Notes under the pieces: model-generated
Told to the model about the DNA's origin: nothing
Databases searched by the model: none
The model's input: only the letters and a program-made list of their open reading frames with translations
Made by a program: the position numbers and the translations under genes
Part shown: in pieces, positions 7,958 to 17,289 of the stretch
How positions within the stretch are numbered: position 1 is the stretch's first letter
Layout: each line of letters opens with the position of its first letter
Source: Alphaproteobacteria bacterium
GTDB lineage: Bacteria; Pseudomonadota; Alphaproteobacteria; RF32; CAG-239
Direction of reading: 5' to 3'
NCBI GenBank assembly: GCA_017621635.1
Contig: JAGASU010000039.1
Coordinates: 1 to 46,303 of the forward strand
DNA: 46,303 nucleotides

Positions 7958-8523
7958 TGAACTTTGAGTTACTTGAAAAATTTGAATGGTATAATGATCC
8001 GGAGAATGTGCGGTTTGAACAAGACGGCGGAATGATTATTTTTGCCAAAGAGGGTGGTGATTTTTGGCAGAGCGTACACCGCGGGTTTAAAAAAGATGAC
8101 GGGCATTTCTTCTTTTGTAGGGAGAACGGAGATTTTAGCCTGACCTTGAAATGGAACTTCGAGCGATTAGAAAAGTTTTCGCAATGCGGGATTATGCTTA
8201 GAATCGATGAAAGAAATTGGTTTAAAGCGTCTTTGATGAATGAAAATGCTGATGAGAGTGTGTTGGCTTCCTCTCTGAGTATTGGCGGACATTCCGATTG
8301 GAGTGGTTTTTCATTAAATAAACCGGTTGAAGAAATTTGGTTTAAGTTGAGCAGAGTTGGTGATGATTATGTGTTTTTCTATTCGCTTGACGGGATTAAG
8401 TTTGTCAAGCAACGAATGTTTTATTTGAAAAGCTATGAGGAAGTGAAGGCCGGAGCGTATATTTCCAGCCCGAATCAAGGTGACTTTTGTGCCGAGTTAT
8501 CTCATTTGAAACTTGACGTTTAG
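7957..8523 (+). CDS. DUF1349-family protein (concanavalin-like fold)
   Basis: The pattern WYNDP...DGGMIIFAKEGGDFWQ...GDFSLTLKW...QCGIMLRIDERNWFKAS...GGHSDWSG fits DUF1349. The start overlaps the cbpA-like stop (TAATG). Confidence 0.7.
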   Translation: MNFELLEKFEWYNDPENVRFEQDGGMIIFAKEGGDFWQSVHRGFKKDDGHFFFCRENGDFSLTLKWNFERLEKFSQCGIMLRIDERNWFKASLMNENADESVLASSLSIGGHSDWSGFSLNKPVEEIWFKLSRVGDDYVFFYSLDGIKFVKQRMFYLKSYEEVKAGAYISSPNQGDFCAELSHLKLDV

Positions 8524-8626
8524 GCGAATCGTGTTGTTAAAAAAGTGTAAACTTTATTTGAAATAAATTCAAAAATATCCTCTTGACATTTTTTTAAATT
8601 TAGTGTTTTTATAGTTCTGTAATAAC

Positions 8627-8644
8627 ATACATTTTAGTATGTAT
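8627..8644. promoter_or_regulatory. Inverted repeat, candidate TetR operator
   Basis: ATACAT, a 6-nt spacer, then ATGTAT, located about 20 nt upstream of the TetR gene SD (AGGAGG, 8654-8659). Confidence 0.35.
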
Positions 8645-8663
8645 CTATAATTCAGGAGGCTTG

Positions 8664-9275
8664 ATGGCTAGAAAATGTAAAGAAGATGCTGAAAAAACAA
8701 GACTGGCGGTTTTAGAATCCGCGTTGGATGTTTTTTCGGATAAAGGATATGCTAAAGCTACTTTTGATGAAATTGCCGCGCGAGCGGGGTTCACAAAAGG
8801 GGCGGTTTATTGGTATTTCAGAAATAAAGCGGATTTGGTTGCGGCGTTGATTCTTGAGTACGTTGGTGCAAAACGTCAAGAGGTTATGAAATTGTTACCT
8901 GAGGGAAATACGTTTGATGATTTATTAGATTATTTTATTATATGGGCAGATGCTGGAGCGAAAGATTTGCGTTTTTCGAGATTTCAGCGTTTTGTTATGT
9001 GTCAAATGGAGTGGTCTGAAGCCGTTTTGAGCAGGGTTGAAAAGACATTAGCGACGACAAAGGACTGGCATTTAGAGAAAGTTAATCAAGTTTTGACAGA
9101 ATCAAGCAAGCGCGGCGAGTTGAAAGAAGGTATTAATATTGATGTAGTTCAACATGTTATCATATCCACATATATGGGGATTGTTTTTTCTTCTATCAGC
9201 AAGCGAGTGCCTTATGATTTGGTAGAAATGGTCAGAACAGGTTTAACATTATTATTTGAAGGGCTTAAAAAGTAG
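8664..9275 (+). CDS. TetR/AcrR-family transcriptional repressor
   Basis: The N-terminal HTH is KATFDEIAARAGFTKGAVYWYFRNKADL. AGGAGG SD. It lies immediately upstream of the efflux genes. Confidence 0.85.
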   Translation: MARKCKEDAEKTRLAVLESALDVFSDKGYAKATFDEIAARAGFTKGAVYWYFRNKADLVAALILEYVGAKRQEVMKLLPEGNTFDDLLDYFIIWADAGAKDLRFSRFQRFVMCQMEWSEAVLSRVEKTLATTKDWHLEKVNQVLTESSKRGELKEGINIDVVQHVIISTYMGIVFSSISKRVPYDLVEMVRTGLTLLFEGLKK

Positions 9276-9286
9276 AGAGGATTGTA

Positions 9287-10462
9287 ATGAAAAAGAAAGT
9301 ATCAGTTGATGTCATTAAAAATTTGAAATTAGAAAAAGGGGCTTTTATGAATAAGAAATATTTATTCTTCGGGGCGGCTATTTTGCTGGCTGCTGTTGCA
9401 GGGTGCCATTTTTACGGTCAGAAGAATGCGCAGGGCGGAATGCCGGCGATTAATGTGACTTCAGCAGTTGCGGAAGAAATTGAGATTAATAATCCGAAAA
9501 CATATGTTGCGTTGGTTGAGGCGATTAACAGCGTTGATGTTGTTGCCAAGGTTAGCGGCAGTTTGGACAAGGTTAATTTTAAGGAAGGCGGGTATGTTAC
9601 AAAAGACGAGCCTTTGTTTGTGATTGATAAAGACCGTTATCAGGCAAATTATAATCTGGCGGCGGCACAACTTGAAAGCGCAAAGGCTAATCTGACAAAA
9701 ACTGAACGTGATTTTAAAAGACAAAAGCAGTTGAGTGCAAAAAATATTGCTTCAAAAGCAACGTTTGACAGTGCAGAAAGTGCATATTTACAAGCTAAAG
9801 CTGCTGTTGCTCAGGCGGAGGCTCAGCTTGAGTTGGCCAAGATTGATTTAGATAATACCGAGGTTAAGGCATATATTGACGGTTTTATCGGCAAAACAAA
9901 AGTAACGGTCGGAAACTATGTTAACGCTTCGGCTGAGCCGTTGGCGCGTGTGGTTCAGGTTAATCCGATAAGAATCGCTTTTTCATTAACTGATAAAGAA
10001 TTTTTGGAAATGAAAGCAGCCGGTGAGCGTGATTTAAATGACTTTGTTGTTAATATTGAATTGGCAAGCGGAGAGATTTTCAGTGAAAAACTGGATAAGG
10101 TTTTTGCCAACAATGAAATTAACATGGGAACAGCGACAGTTGCCGTTTATGCGGATATTAACAATGACAAAGGGTTATTAAAACCGGGGGCTTATGTTAA
10201 AATGTTTATTACCTCGGCTCAACCTAAAAAGGGGATTGTTGTTCCGGAGGTTTCTATTATACAAAATGAAGAGAACTCGCAGGTTTATGTTATTACAGCC
10301 GATAATACCGTGGCTCTTCGTAATGTAAAGCTGGGTGATACATATGATGGCAAGCAGGTTATTGAGAGTGGTTTAAAAGCCGGTGAAAAGGTTGTTGTCG
10401 GCGGACAGCAAAACCGAATGATGCGTCCGGGTGCCGCTGTTAAAGAAGTTGAAGCGAAATAG
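9287..10462 (+). CDS. RND efflux periplasmic adaptor (membrane fusion protein, AcrA-like)
   Basis: Lipobox LLAAVAGC, a coiled-coil hairpin (ANYNLAAAQLESAKANL...AQAEAQLELAKIDL), and barrel-sandwich and beta-barrel segments. An alternative start at the ATG at 9347 (MNKKYLFF) is possible. Confidence 0.9.
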   Translation: MKKKVSVDVIKNLKLEKGAFMNKKYLFFGAAILLAAVAGCHFYGQKNAQGGMPAINVTSAVAEEIEINNPKTYVALVEAINSVDVVAKVSGSLDKVNFKEGGYVTKDEPLFVIDKDRYQANYNLAAAQLESAKANLTKTERDFKRQKQLSAKNIASKATFDSAESAYLQAKAAVAQAEAQLELAKIDLDNTEVKAYIDGFIGKTKVTVGNYVNASAEPLARVVQVNPIRIAFSLTDKEFLEMKAAGERDLNDFVVNIELASGEIFSEKLDKVFANNEINMGTATVAVYADINNDKGLLKPGAYVKMFITSAQPKKGIVVPEVSIIQNEENSQVYVITADNTVALRNVKLGDTYDGKQVIESGLKAGEKVVVGGQQNRMMRPGAAVKEVEAK

Positions 10463-10481
10463 TTTGTAAGGGAGCGTAACT

Positions 10482-13400
10482 ATGTTTTCGAAGTTTTTTA
10501 TTGAAAGGCCGCGTTTTGCGGTGGTTATTGCTATTGTGATGAGCTTGGCAGGTGTGATTGCTTTGTTTACGTTACCGATTGCGATGTATCCTGAAATTAC
10601 GCCGCCGACGGTGAGTGTGACAGCAGATTATACCGGTGCAAGTGCCGAGACCGTGGCTAATACGGTGGCTATTCCGATTGAGAAGGAAATTAACGGCGTT
10701 GATAATATGATGTATATGAACTCGTCTTCGTACAACTCGGGACGCTATCAGCTGGACATCAGTTTTGAAATCGGTACCGACCCTGATTTGGCGCAAGTTA
10801 AAGTGCAGAACCGTGTTCAGAAAGCGATTAACAGTTTGCCGGATGAGGTGCAGGCGCGCGGTGTGAACGTTGCCCGCCGTTCTTCCGAAATCTTAGGGTT
10901 CTTGCAGGCAATTTCTCCGAACGGAACGCATGACAGAAACTTTTTGAATAACTATGTAACCAATAACATTAAAAATAACCTCGGACGTCAATATGGCGTT
11001 GGTGATGCGAATGTTATGGGTTCGGATTTGAGTATGCGTGTTTGGTTAGACGCGGATAAAATGGCGGCTCTTAACTTGCCGATCAGCGCTGTTCGGGCGG
11101 CGATTACCAGCCAGAACTATCAGCCGTCGCTGGGTTCTGTCGGTGGTGAACCGAATGACGGAACAAGCAAAATGGTCTTTTCTTTGGAGACAAAGGGGCG
11201 TTTGAACGAAGCGAGCGATTTTGAAAATATTATCGTTCGTACCGAAGCCGAGGGCGGTTTGGTACGTTTGAAAGATATTGCAACGGTTGAAATCGGGTCA
11301 GAAAATTATTTGATTACTTCCGATGTAGACGGACAACCGAATGTGGCGATTATGCTTAACAAGCTTTCGGGTGCGAACGCGCTTAAGGCAATGGAAGCGG
11401 TTAAGGCCGAGCTTGCCCGTCTGTCAAAATATTATCCGGAAGATTTTGAAGTTAGAATCTTTTTTGATGCAACGGAGTTTATTCGTGTTTCCATTGAAGA
11501 AGTTGTCTTTACTTTGATATTGACGTTCTTTTTAGTGGTTGTGGTTTGCTATGTCTTTTTACAGGACTGGCGGGCAACACTTATTCCGTCAATTGCTATT
11601 CCGGTATCAATTTTGGCAACGTTTGCCGTAATGTTAGCGTTAGGGTATAACTTGAATATTTTAACGTTGTTCGGCTTGATTTTGGCGATTGGTCTGGTGG
11701 TCGATGACGCAATTGTGGTTGTGGAACGCGTGCTTTATTTAATGCAGACTGAGAACCTGACCCCGAAAGAGGCTTCTATTAAAGCGATGGAACAGGTGTC
11801 CTCGGCGGTTGTGGCGACAACGTTGGTGTTACTCGCGATTTTTGTGCCGATTGCTTTTATGGGCGGAGTGACCGGCCGTATTTATCAGCAGTTTGCGATT
11901 GCTATTTCATTTGCCGTATTGTTTTCCGGTGTAAATGCTTTGACTTTGAGTCCGGCGTTGAGCGCAACGTTACTCAGGCCGATTAAACCGAGAACATCAG
12001 GTTTCTTGTATCGTTTTGAGCAAATGATCAACGCTTCAAAAAACAGATATGTTAAAACCGTGGCGTGGCTTGGGCGCAAGATGGCCATTATTGTTTTGAT
12101 TTTGGCTATATTGGCGGGGTTAAACTTATTTTCCGTTATGAATATCAAATCATCGTTTTTGCCGGATGAAGACCAAGGTGTGATTATGGCAAATATTCAA
12201 TTGCCGGAAGGGGCTTCCGGAAAACGGACGCTTGATGTGATTGATAAGACGCGTGGGATTATGAAAACCGAAAATAAAATAAAATCGGTGATGAATTTAC
12301 GCGGGTTTAGTATTCTTGCAGGACAAGGTGAAAACGTCGGCTTTAACGTTATTTCTTTGGAGCCGTGGGCTGATCGTAAAGATATTATTGATTATTCAAC
12401 AAATATCAGAAATCGTTTACAAGCTGCGGTTAGCGGTATTCCGGAAGCAAATATTATGCTGTTTGAAATGCCGGCTATTCCGGGGTTGGGAAATAACAAC
12501 AGTATGGATTTGCGTTTACAATCCATTGAAAGTACGGATATGACCGAGCTTGAGAAAAACTTAAATCAGTTTTTGATGAAGCTTAACCAGTTACCGGAAG
12601 TGGCGATGGCTTATTCAACATTTACGTCTAAGACGCCGCACGCTTATTTGGATATTAACCGTGAAAAAGCTGAGTTAATGGATGTGTCAATCGGGAATAT
12701 TTATTCCACCTTGCAAACCTATCTCGGGTCTATGTATGTAAACGATGTAAACATCGGAACACAGGCCAACAAAGTTATGGTGATGGCGGACTGGAAGTAT
12801 CGTAAGAACTTGGAGAGCATTAAAAATCTTTATGTTCAGAGCAATACAGGCAATATGGTGCCGTTGGGTAGTCTTATTGAAATCAGACGTGTGACGTTGC
12901 CGCGTGCGGTAGACCGCTATAACCAGTATCCGGCGGCAACGATTAACATTACGGCTGCGGAAAACTCCAGTTCCGGTGCGGCGATGGAAGCGGTGGAAAA
13001 ACTGGCTGATGAAGTGCTTTCCAATAAGTATGCTTATGAGTGGTCCGGTATGAGCTTACAGGAAAAGCGGAATCAGGGACAAATCGGCTTTTTGGTTGCA
13101 TTAGCTATCTTGTTTGCATATCTGTTCTTGGTAGCGCAATATGAGAGCTGGTCAATTCCTATATCAGTTATCCTTTCAGTGCTGACGGCAATGTTGGGCG
13201 CGTTTATCGGAATGTTTGTGACCGGATTACCTTTGAGTATTTATGCGCAGTTAGGTTTGGTCTTGCTTGTCGGTTTGGCGGCGAAAAACGCAATTTTGAT
13301 TGTGGAATTTGCTAAAGAAGAACATGAAAAGGGGACATCGTTGGTTGAGTCGGCCGTTGTCGGGACGAAAGAGAGATTCAGAGCGGTGTTGATGACAGCA

Positions 13401-13586
13401 TTGACCTTTATTTTGGGTGTGGCGCCGATGGTTTGGGCAACGGGGGCATGCTCGGGATCGCGTGTTGCCGTTGGTGTACCGGTTTTTGCCGGAATGCTTG
13501 TCGGAACATTGTTTGGATTGATTGTGATTCCTCTTTTGTATATTATGGTTCAGACCATAGTTGAACGAAAAAAGAAAAAGCAATAA
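10482..13586 (+). CDS. RND multidrug efflux permease (HAE1, AcrB/MexB-like)
   Basis: 1034 aa with 12 TM segments. [19 protein letters not shown] is the canonical start, and the conserved TM4 segment is [12 protein letters not shown]. Confidence 0.95.
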   Translation: MFSKFFIERPRFAVVIAIVMSLAGVIALFTLPIAMYPEITPPTVSVTADYTGASAETVANTVAIPIEKEINGVDNMMYMNSSSYNSGRYQLDISFEIGTDPDLAQVKVQNRVQKAINSLPDEVQARGVNVARRSSEILGFLQAISPNGTHDRNFLNNYVTNNIKNNLGRQYGVGDANVMGSDLSMRVWLDADKMAALNLPISAVRAAITSQNYQPSLGSVGGEPNDGTSKMVFSLETKGRLNEASDFENIIVRTEAEGGLVRLKDIATVEIGSENYLITSDVDGQPNVAIMLNKLSGANALKAMEAVKAELARLSKYYPEDFEVRIFFDATEFIRVSIEEVVFTLILTFFLVVVVCYVFLQDWRATLIPSIAIPVSILATFAVMLALGYNLNILTLFGLILAIGLVVDDAIVVVERVLYLMQTENLTPKEASIKAMEQVSSAVVATTLVLLAIFVPIAFMGGVTGRIYQQFAIAISFAVLFSGVNALTLSPALSATLLRPIKPRTSGFLYRFEQMINASKNRYVKTVAWLGRKMAIIVLILAILAGLNLFSVMNIKSSFLPDEDQGVIMANIQLPEGASGKRTLDVIDKTRGIMKTENKIKSVMNLRGFSILAGQGENVGFNVISLEPWADRKDIIDYSTNIRNRLQAAVSGIPEANIMLFEMPAIPGLGNNNSMDLRLQSIESTDMTELEKNLNQFLMKLNQLPEVAMAYSTFTSKTPHAYLDINREKAELMDVSIGNIYSTLQTYLGSMYVNDVNIGTQANKVMVMADWKYRKNLESIKNLYVQSNTGNMVPLGSLIEIRRVTLPRAVDRYNQYPAATINITAAENSSSGAAMEAVEKLADEVLSNKYAYEWSGMSLQEKRNQGQIGFLVALAILFAYLFLVAQYESWSIPISVILSVLTAMLGAFIGMFVTGLPLSIYAQLGLVLLVGLAAKNAILIVEFAKEEHEKGTSLVESAVVGTKERFRAVLMTALTFILGVAPMVWATGACSGSRVAVGVPVFAGMLVGTLFGLIVIPLLYIMVQTIVERKKKKQ

Positions 13587-13604
13587 TTCTTTTGCAATGA
13601 ATTG

Positions 13605-13634
13605 AAACGGCTGCTGTTTTGGCGGCCGTTTTTT
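13605..13634 (+). terminator. Rho-independent terminator after the RND pump gene
   Basis: Stem ACGGCTGC / GCGGCCGT (one G-U pair), a 7-nt loop, then a T-run. Confidence 0.6.
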
Positions 13635-13987
13635 GTATTCTGAAAATTATCGGGCTGATAAGTGAAAACTCTTGGGATTATATATTTTGTGTAAAATAAA
13701 GGGGGATTTTATTTTATAATTTAACCAACGTTAAGTGCGAAAACTTTTTTAATTTAAGCTATTTTGGGCTAATATCTTGGTGTTTATAAATAATTTTTAA
13801 AATATGGTTATTAAGGGTTGACATTTCATCATAATATTTAGTATAAGAATCTAACGTTCTTTAAATGATTATACTTAATAGTCGGGATTTGAGGTAGAAT
13901 GCTTGCAGGACGAAGAAATAAAATACTTTGGAAGATTATGGAAACAAGAAATTCTTTGTTTTGCGTTTTGTTTGTCGGGAGAGGGAA

Positions 13988-14983
13988 ATGCCTGAAATTT
14001 CAGTAATCATGCCGGTTTATAATACGAATGAGGACTATTTTCGGGAGGCTATAGAGAGTGTTTTAGGGCAGTCTTTCAGGGATTTCGAGTTTATTATTGT
14101 TGATGATTGTTCAAAAAAGTATATTGAAGATATTGTTCTTTCTTATTCTGATGAGCGGATTTGTTATTATCGACTGGCTGAGAATAGCGGTGCGGCGGCG
14201 GCGAGAAATTTTGCGCTTTCTAAAGCTTCGGGAAAATATGTGGCGTTTATGGACTCGGATGATGTTTCTTTGCCTGAACGGCTTGAAAAACAATATGCTT
14301 TTTTTAGAACACATCCTGAAATCGGTTGTTTGGGGACGAAAGTTGAAATCTTTGGCGGTCAAAAGGAAAATATGTTTTTTCCGAAACCAGTCAAGCACCA
14401 AGAGATTGAAGAATATTTGTTGTTCTTTGGATGTGTGTTTTGCCAGTCAAGTGTTATGGTGCGCAAGGAAATTTTGGATAAAAATAACATTGTTTATAAA
14501 ACAGAATATGTTCCGGCGGAAGATTACGGGTTATGGCTTGACTTAATCGGCAAAACGAAGTTTGAAGTTTTGCCTGAAATTTTAGTTAAATACAGATTTT
14601 ATGCGGAAAATATATCTAATGTTCAAAATAAAAAACAAAGAGAAAAGTGTCTGGCGGCGCAGATTTCAGCACTAGAGAAATATTGCGGGGTTTGTTTTGG
14701 CGATAAAGAGATTTTGGCTTCGTTTTTTCGCGGTGATAGTTTGGCTGAAGGTGATGATTTAAGGCTTTATCCAGTTTTGCGCGATATGATTGAGGCTTTG
14801 GATAAAAAAGGTGTTTTAAGAGAATCGGTTTGCCGGCTTTTAAGAAAAAGATTTAAGAAATTTTATTACCACACACGCAGTCTTTCAGGACAATGGGGGC
14901 TTTTACGCTCGCCGTTAAACGGTTTGCTTCGGGTTTCCTTGGCTTGGCGTGTTTTTTGTTTAATTACAAGAGGAGTTTTTTGA
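13988..14983 (+). CDS. Family 2 glycosyltransferase
   Basis: Trimmed to the ATG at 13988 (GGGAGAGGGA SD). [27 protein letters not shown]...IIVDDCS...YVAFMDSDD carries the GT2 signatures including DxD. Confidence 0.85.
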   Translation: MPEISVIMPVYNTNEDYFREAIESVLGQSFRDFEFIIVDDCSKKYIEDIVLSYSDERICYYRLAENSGAAAARNFALSKASGKYVAFMDSDDVSLPERLEKQYAFFRTHPEIGCLGTKVEIFGGQKENMFFPKPVKHQEIEEYLLFFGCVFCQSSVMVRKEILDKNNIVYKTEYVPAEDYGLWLDLIGKTKFEVLPEILVKYRFYAENISNVQNKKQREKCLAAQISALEKYCGVCFGDKEILASFFRGDSLAEGDDLRLYPVLRDMIEALDKKGVLRESVCRLLRKRFKKFYYHTRSLSGQWGLLRSPLNGLLRVSLAWRVFCLITRGVF

Positions 14984-14984
14984 T

Positions 14985-15950
14985 ATGAAAACGATATTAG
15001 TGACCGGAGGGACTGGTTTTTTAGGCTCTAATCTTTGTATTCGTTTGATTAGTGAGGGTAACAGGGTTGTTTGCGTTGATAATAATTACACGGGGCGGAT
15101 GAGTAACGTGGAGAGCATTCTTCATCATCCGAATTTTCGTTTTATCGAGCATGATATTTGCAAGCCTTTAGATGTTAATGATGAGAAGATTGACCAGATT
15201 TATAATATGGCTTGTCCGGCCAGCCCTCCGGCATATCAGGGAAGTTACTCGATTAAAACGACGAAAACCTGTGTGTTTGGCGCGATTAATATGTTAGAGC
15301 TGGCTAAAAAACACGGGGCAACTATTTTGCAAACTTCGACTTCGGAAGTTTATGGTGAGCCTTTGGTGCATCCGCAGGTGGAGAGTTATCGCGGTAATGT
15401 TAATCCGAACGGCATAAGAGCTTGCTATGATGAAGGAAAAAGGTGTGCCGAGAGTTTGTTTTTTGATTATTGGCGTCATGAAGGGGTTGATATTAAGGTG
15501 GTGAGAATTTTTAACACCTACGGACCGAATATGGATCCGAATGACGGGCGTGTGGTTTCAAACTTTATTTGCCAAGCGCTTTCCGGTCAAGACATCACCA
15601 TTTATGGCGACGGACACCAGACGAGGTCTTTTTGCTATGTGGACGATTTGATTGAAGTGATTATCCGGATGATGAACTCGGAGAAAGGCTTTACGGGACC
15701 GGTTAATATCGGCAATCCTGGGGAATTTGCCATTAAAGAGTTGGCGGAGATGGTGGTTGAGAAAATCGGCGGGAAATCTAAAGTAGTTTATAAGGATTTG
15801 CCGGCAGATGATCCGACACAGCGCAGGCCGGATATTACGCTTGCCAAAGCAAAGCTTGGGTGGGAACCTAAAATCAAGCTTGACAAGGGGTTAGAGCGAA
15901 CAATAGAATATTTTAAAACACAAATTAATCTTTTTAAGAAGGCGATATAA
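14985..15950 (+). CDS. uxs: UDP-glucuronate decarboxylase (UDP-xylose synthase)
   Basis: SDR fold with [14 protein letters not shown] and the catalytic YDEGKRCAE. The length and the C-terminal [16 protein letters not shown] pattern are typical of UXS. Confidence 0.9.
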   Translation: MKTILVTGGTGFLGSNLCIRLISEGNRVVCVDNNYTGRMSNVESILHHPNFRFIEHDICKPLDVNDEKIDQIYNMACPASPPAYQGSYSIKTTKTCVFGAINMLELAKKHGATILQTSTSEVYGEPLVHPQVESYRGNVNPNGIRACYDEGKRCAESLFFDYWRHEGVDIKVVRIFNTYGPNMDPNDGRVVSNFICQALSGQDITIYGDGHQTRSFCYVDDLIEVIIRMMNSEKGFTGPVNIGNPGEFAIKELAEMVVEKIGGKSKVVYKDLPADDPTQRRPDITLAKAKLGWEPKIKLDKGLERTIEYFKTQINLFKKAI

Positions 15951-15951
15951 A

Positions 15952-17289
15952 ATGAAAGTAGGAATTATCGGGACGGGATATGTTGGTTTGCCGACGGGTG
16001 TCGGGTTGGCTGAACTGGGCAATGATGTTATTTGCATTGACAGAGAGCCTAAGAAGATTGAGGCACTTAAAGCGGGCAAGATTACGTTGTATGAAGACGG
16101 ATTGGAAGAACTGTTTAATAAGAACGTTAAAGCCGGACGAATTAAATTTACTACCTCGATGAAAGAGGGTGTTGAAGATGCGGATTTAGTGATTATCGCA
16201 GTTGGCACACCGCCACATCCGGTGACGAAAGAGGCGGATATGAAATATATTCATGCAGCGGCAACCGAACTGGCGGAATATTTGAGAGGCTATACAGTTA
16301 TTGCGACCAAATCGACGGTTCCGGTGGGGACGGGCGATGATATTGAAGCTTTGATTGCCAAGAAGAACCCGTTTGCCAACTTTGATGTTGTTTCATTGCC
16401 GGAGTTTTTACGCGAGGGCTTTGCCGTGCATGATTTCTTCCATCCTGACCGTGTGGTTGTGGGGGCAAATACCGAAAAAGCGCGCAATGTGATTAAAGAA
16501 CTTTATAAGCCGTTTGAGGGCAAGACAAATATGTTATTTGTGAAACGGCGCTCAAGTGAAACGATTAAATATGCATCAAATGCGTTTTTAGCTATAAAAA
16601 TCCATTATATTAACGAGATGGCTAATTTTTGTGAAAAGACGGGTGCGGACATTACCGAAGTTGCCAAAGGGATGGGGCTGGACAGCCGAATCGGCAATCG
16701 GTTTTTGAATCCGGGGCCGGGGTATGGTGGCAGTTGTTTTCCGAAAGACACAATGGCTATGGCTTATATGGCGCGGCAGAATGATGTTGAGATGACGTTA
16801 ATTAAGGCGGCGATTGACGGTAATGTGAAGCGCAAAAAAGAAATGGCAGAGCGGATTTTGGAAATGGTTAAAGGGATTGAAAAGCCGAGAATCGCTGTTT
16901 TGGGGCTGGCTTTCAAAGACGGGACTGATGATTGCAGAGAGAGTCCGGCAATGGAGATTTTGGGCAATTTGCTTGAACATAAAGTTCAGGTGACGGCATA
17001 CGACCCGAAGGCGATGGGGACAGCCTGCCAACTTTTGGGTGATAAAATTTGTTATGCCGATGATATGTATCAGGCGCTTGAAGGTGCTGATGTGCTGGCA
17101 ATTTTGACCGAATGGGGCGAGTTCAAAACGCTTGATTTGGCGAAAGCCGGCTCTTTAATGCGACATAAAAATATCGTCGACTGCCGCAATCTCCTTGATG
17201 TTAACGACGCTTTGAGAAACGGCTTTGATTATCAGGGAATCGGGAAAAAGGCGGTGAAGGCCGATGTTGATTTGAGAAAGGCTGTGTAA
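15952..17289 (+). CDS. ugd: UDP-glucose 6-dehydrogenase
   Basis: MKVGIIGTGYVGLPTG Rossmann start, catalytic GGSCFPKD, 445 aa. Confidence 0.95.
   Translation: MKVGIIGTGYVGLPTGVGLAELGNDVICIDREPKKIEALKAGKITLYEDGLEELFNKNVKAGRIKFTTSMKEGVEDADLVIIAVGTPPHPVTKEADMKYIHAAATELAEYLRGYTVIATKSTVPVGTGDDIEALIAKKNPFANFDVVSLPEFLREGFAVHDFFHPDRVVVGANTEKARNVIKELYKPFEGKTNMLFVKRRSSETIKYASNAFLAIKIHYINEMANFCEKTGADITEVAKGMGLDSRIGNRFLNPGPGYGGSCFPKDTMAMAYMARQNDVEMTLIKAAIDGNVKRKKEMAERILEMVKGIEKPRIAVLGLAFKDGTDDCRESPAMEILGNLLEHKVQVTAYDPKAMGTACQLLGDKICYADDMYQALEGADVLAILTEWGEFKTLDLAKAGSLMRHKNIVDCRNLLDVNDALRNGFDYQGIGKKAVKADVDLRKAV

Noticed and set aside
13640-13987. JUMPStart/ops (GGCGGTAG) antitermination element upstream of the glycan operon
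   Set aside because: Only a partial GGTAG (near 13895) is present. There is no full 8-mer and no convincing flanking JUMPStart context.
14097-14546. 149-aa alternative-frame ORF and 96-aa antisense ORF (14111..14401) inside the GT2 gene
   Set aside because: The GT2 frame carries clear family motifs (VYN, DDCS, DSDD). The overlapping frames have none and no translation signals.
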